This document shows positions 61,765-64,000 of a stretch of 64,000 nucleotides of DNA, piece after piece; position 1 is the first letter of the stretch; each line of letters begins with the position of its first letter. Position numbers and translations under genes: made by a program. Source of the stretch: Centroscyllium fabricii (lineage: Eukaryota). The stretch is taken from positions 284,518,001-284,582,000 of the forward strand of contig JBNRSN020000005.1 of the NCBI GenBank assembly GCA_051313645.2. The letters run 5' to 3'. The notes beneath the pieces are model-generated. The model was not told the DNA's origin, ran no database searches, and worked only from the letters and a program-made list of their open reading frames with translations.

Positions 61765-64000
61765 TGTAGAGGCATGCAGGGCCGAAGAACCACACTGGAC
61801 ACAGAGGATTCGGAAAGTTATCATTTAATGTAGTTACAGCTAGGGCCAGGTGGGAAAGAGAGTGAGCCACCTGGAGCCCAGGTATTTAAAGGTCCCGCGG
61901 TAGATGACGTCGCTGCCGGTTGACCACCTGGTGACGTCATCACGTTGGGGATCGCGGCGACGTCAGCACGCCGCCCGGCGGGCGGGGCCGTCTTGCAGCG
62001 CTCCCGAGGCGGATTCGATGTTGCAGGTGGGCGTGTCGCCACACAGCTCCCCCCCAGAATCCGTGAGGGAGAGCAGGGCTGGACCTAGAGGAGAGGGAGA
62101 CATAAAGGAGAGCAAACACACATTTTCGATTATCACACAGAATGTCCGGCAGTTTGCCGAGGTGGCCTGATGTTGTGGCCCGCACGTCGTGTGCTGTTCC
62201 ATGTTTCGAAAAGTGGTGTTGTGGCGGCCTGATGATGTGGCCCGCACGTATCGTCTCAGGCGAGGCGCTGAGGTGGCCTGATGATGCGGCCAGCACGTGT
62301 CGTGCGCTATTCCCTGTTCTGCGTAGGAGTGTGGGCGGGGTTTGGTGCGGTAGGGCGTCCGCGCTTTGGTGGCTGTGCGGGGGCTGTTGTCTCGCCCGCC
62401 ATTACGTGTGCTGGTTTGAGCCGGTCAATGGAGACGGTCTCGGCTCTGTTGCCCATTTTAATGTCAAAAGTTTTGGGTCCCGCCCGAAGCACTCTGAATG
62501 GTCCGTCGTACGGTGGTTGTAGTGGTGTTCGATGTGCGTCATGGCAGACAAACACATACTTGACATCTTGGATGCCGTCTGGAACACGTGCTGCCGGCTG
62601 TCCGTGCCGGGCCACCGGAAGTGGTTTGAAAGCGGCTGCCTGGTTATTAAAGTCTCGTAGGCAGCGCTCGGCTGACCAGGGTTCGTTAGTTTCTGCCACG
62701 AACTCGCCCGGTACAGTTAGTGGTTGGCCATAGACCAGTTCGGCTGCTGAGGCGTGTAGGTCCTCCTTGGCCGCTGAGCGGAGGCCGAGCATTACCCAGG
62801 GCAGGCGGTCGGTCCAGGTTGCGTCTTGGAGGCTGGCCCGCAGGGAGGCCTTGAAAGATCAGTGGAACCGTTCGCAGAGGCCGTTGGCCTGTGGGTGGTA
62901 GGCGGTGGTTCGGTGCAGGGTTGCCCCGAGGTCGTGGGCGATGGTTGACCATAGGGTTGAGGTGAATTGGGGGCCCCTGTCTGAAGTGATGTCAGTGGGG
63001 GCGCCAAAACGGGCGACCCAGGTGGCAATGAAGGCCCTGGCCAGGTCGGCGGTGGTGGTAGCGGTGAGGGGAACCGCTTCCGGCCAGCGGGTGGTGCGGT
63101 CGACCATGGTTAAAATGTATGAATGTCCACGTGATGGCGGTAGTGGTCCGACCAGGTCGACGTGAACGTGGCTGAAGCGTCTAGCTGGGATGGCGATGGG
63201 TTCGAGCGGTGCCTTGATGTGGCTGTGCACCTTGGCGCGCTGGCAGGCATTGCAGGCGTGGACATCTTTGCGCAGGCCGCGCCAAACGAATCGCGCAGAG
63301 ATGAGCTTGGTGGATGCGCGGACACCGGGGTGGGACAGGCCATGGAGGGTCTGGAAGATGTGTCGCCTCCATGTGTGGGGGACGACGGGTCTGGGTTGTG
63401 GGAGGGTAACGTCGCAGCGGACCTCCGTGGCTGTGGGCCCGTGTGCTACGGTGGCCAGGAGCAGGCCGGGGAGGTTGGTGGCAGGGTCGAGCAGATCGGG
63501 GTTGGTCAGTTGGTCGGCCGCCATTTTATTATAGTCGACAGCCGTTTGGACGGAGTTGATGGTTGGGCGTGAGAGGCCATGCGTGCAGACGTGGTCGGTG
63601 GCGGGTGGCGGGGGGCAGTCGGCGACCGCGTTGTCGATGGTGGGGCGTGGGGGATGGTCGGAGGCTGGTTTGCCGGTAGGGGGGTTTAAGGGGCGGTCAG
63701 AGGCCACGTTGTCGATGGCGGGGCGTGGGAGATGGTCGGGGGCTGGCTTGCCGATGGTGGGGCGTGGGGGGTGGTCAGGGGCTGGTTTGCCGATGGTGGG
63801 GCGTGAGAGGCAGTCAGCGACCACGTTGTCGCGGCCGGCGATGTGCTGGATGTCGGTCGTAAATTCCGACACGGCCGCGAGCTGGCGCTGCTGCCTGGCC
63901 GACCAGGGTTCGGAGATCTTAGCCATTGCGGAGACAAGTGGCTTGTGATCCACGAAGGCTGTGAAGTGGCGGCCCTCCAGGAGGAAGCGAAAGTGGCGCA
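61765..64000 (-). mobile_element. CsRn1-clade-like Gypsy element C2, 3' part (3' LTR 61765-62043), continues beyond the window
   Basis: LTR tgtggcg...ctctaca on the minus strand, PPT gggggggagctg, and RNase H end plus integrase homologous to C1 (frameshifted). Confidence 0.92.

Overview
Eukaryotic genomic DNA, very likely from a cartilaginous fish (HE1/V-SINEs, a Deu-type SINE, CR1 LINEs, Penelope-derived repeats). No host protein-coding gene could be supported; the window is mostly transposon-derived. It holds LINE remnants (CR1, L2, Rex1/Babar-like, RTE), tRNA-derived SINEs, Penelope-like fragments with minimal hammerhead ribozymes, a full-length decayed two-gene PIF/Harbinger element with three nested inserts, many MITEs and six Ty3/Gypsy LTR retrotransposons. 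Two Gypsy elements are CsRn1-like; the complete one has a tRNA-Trp PBS and a canonical YLDD RT motif. The other four (G1-G4) are diverged members of one family and are the most unusual feature. None has a tRNA primer-binding site. The PBS position instead holds a tract complementary to the poly(A)-signal region of the element's own LTR (13-14 nt in three copies with compensatory differences, partial in the fourth), and all four have Asn in place of the last Asp of the RT YxDD motif. This suggests a tRNA-independent, possibly self-priming lineage with an atypical RT active site. All calls were made by eye, without database searches.
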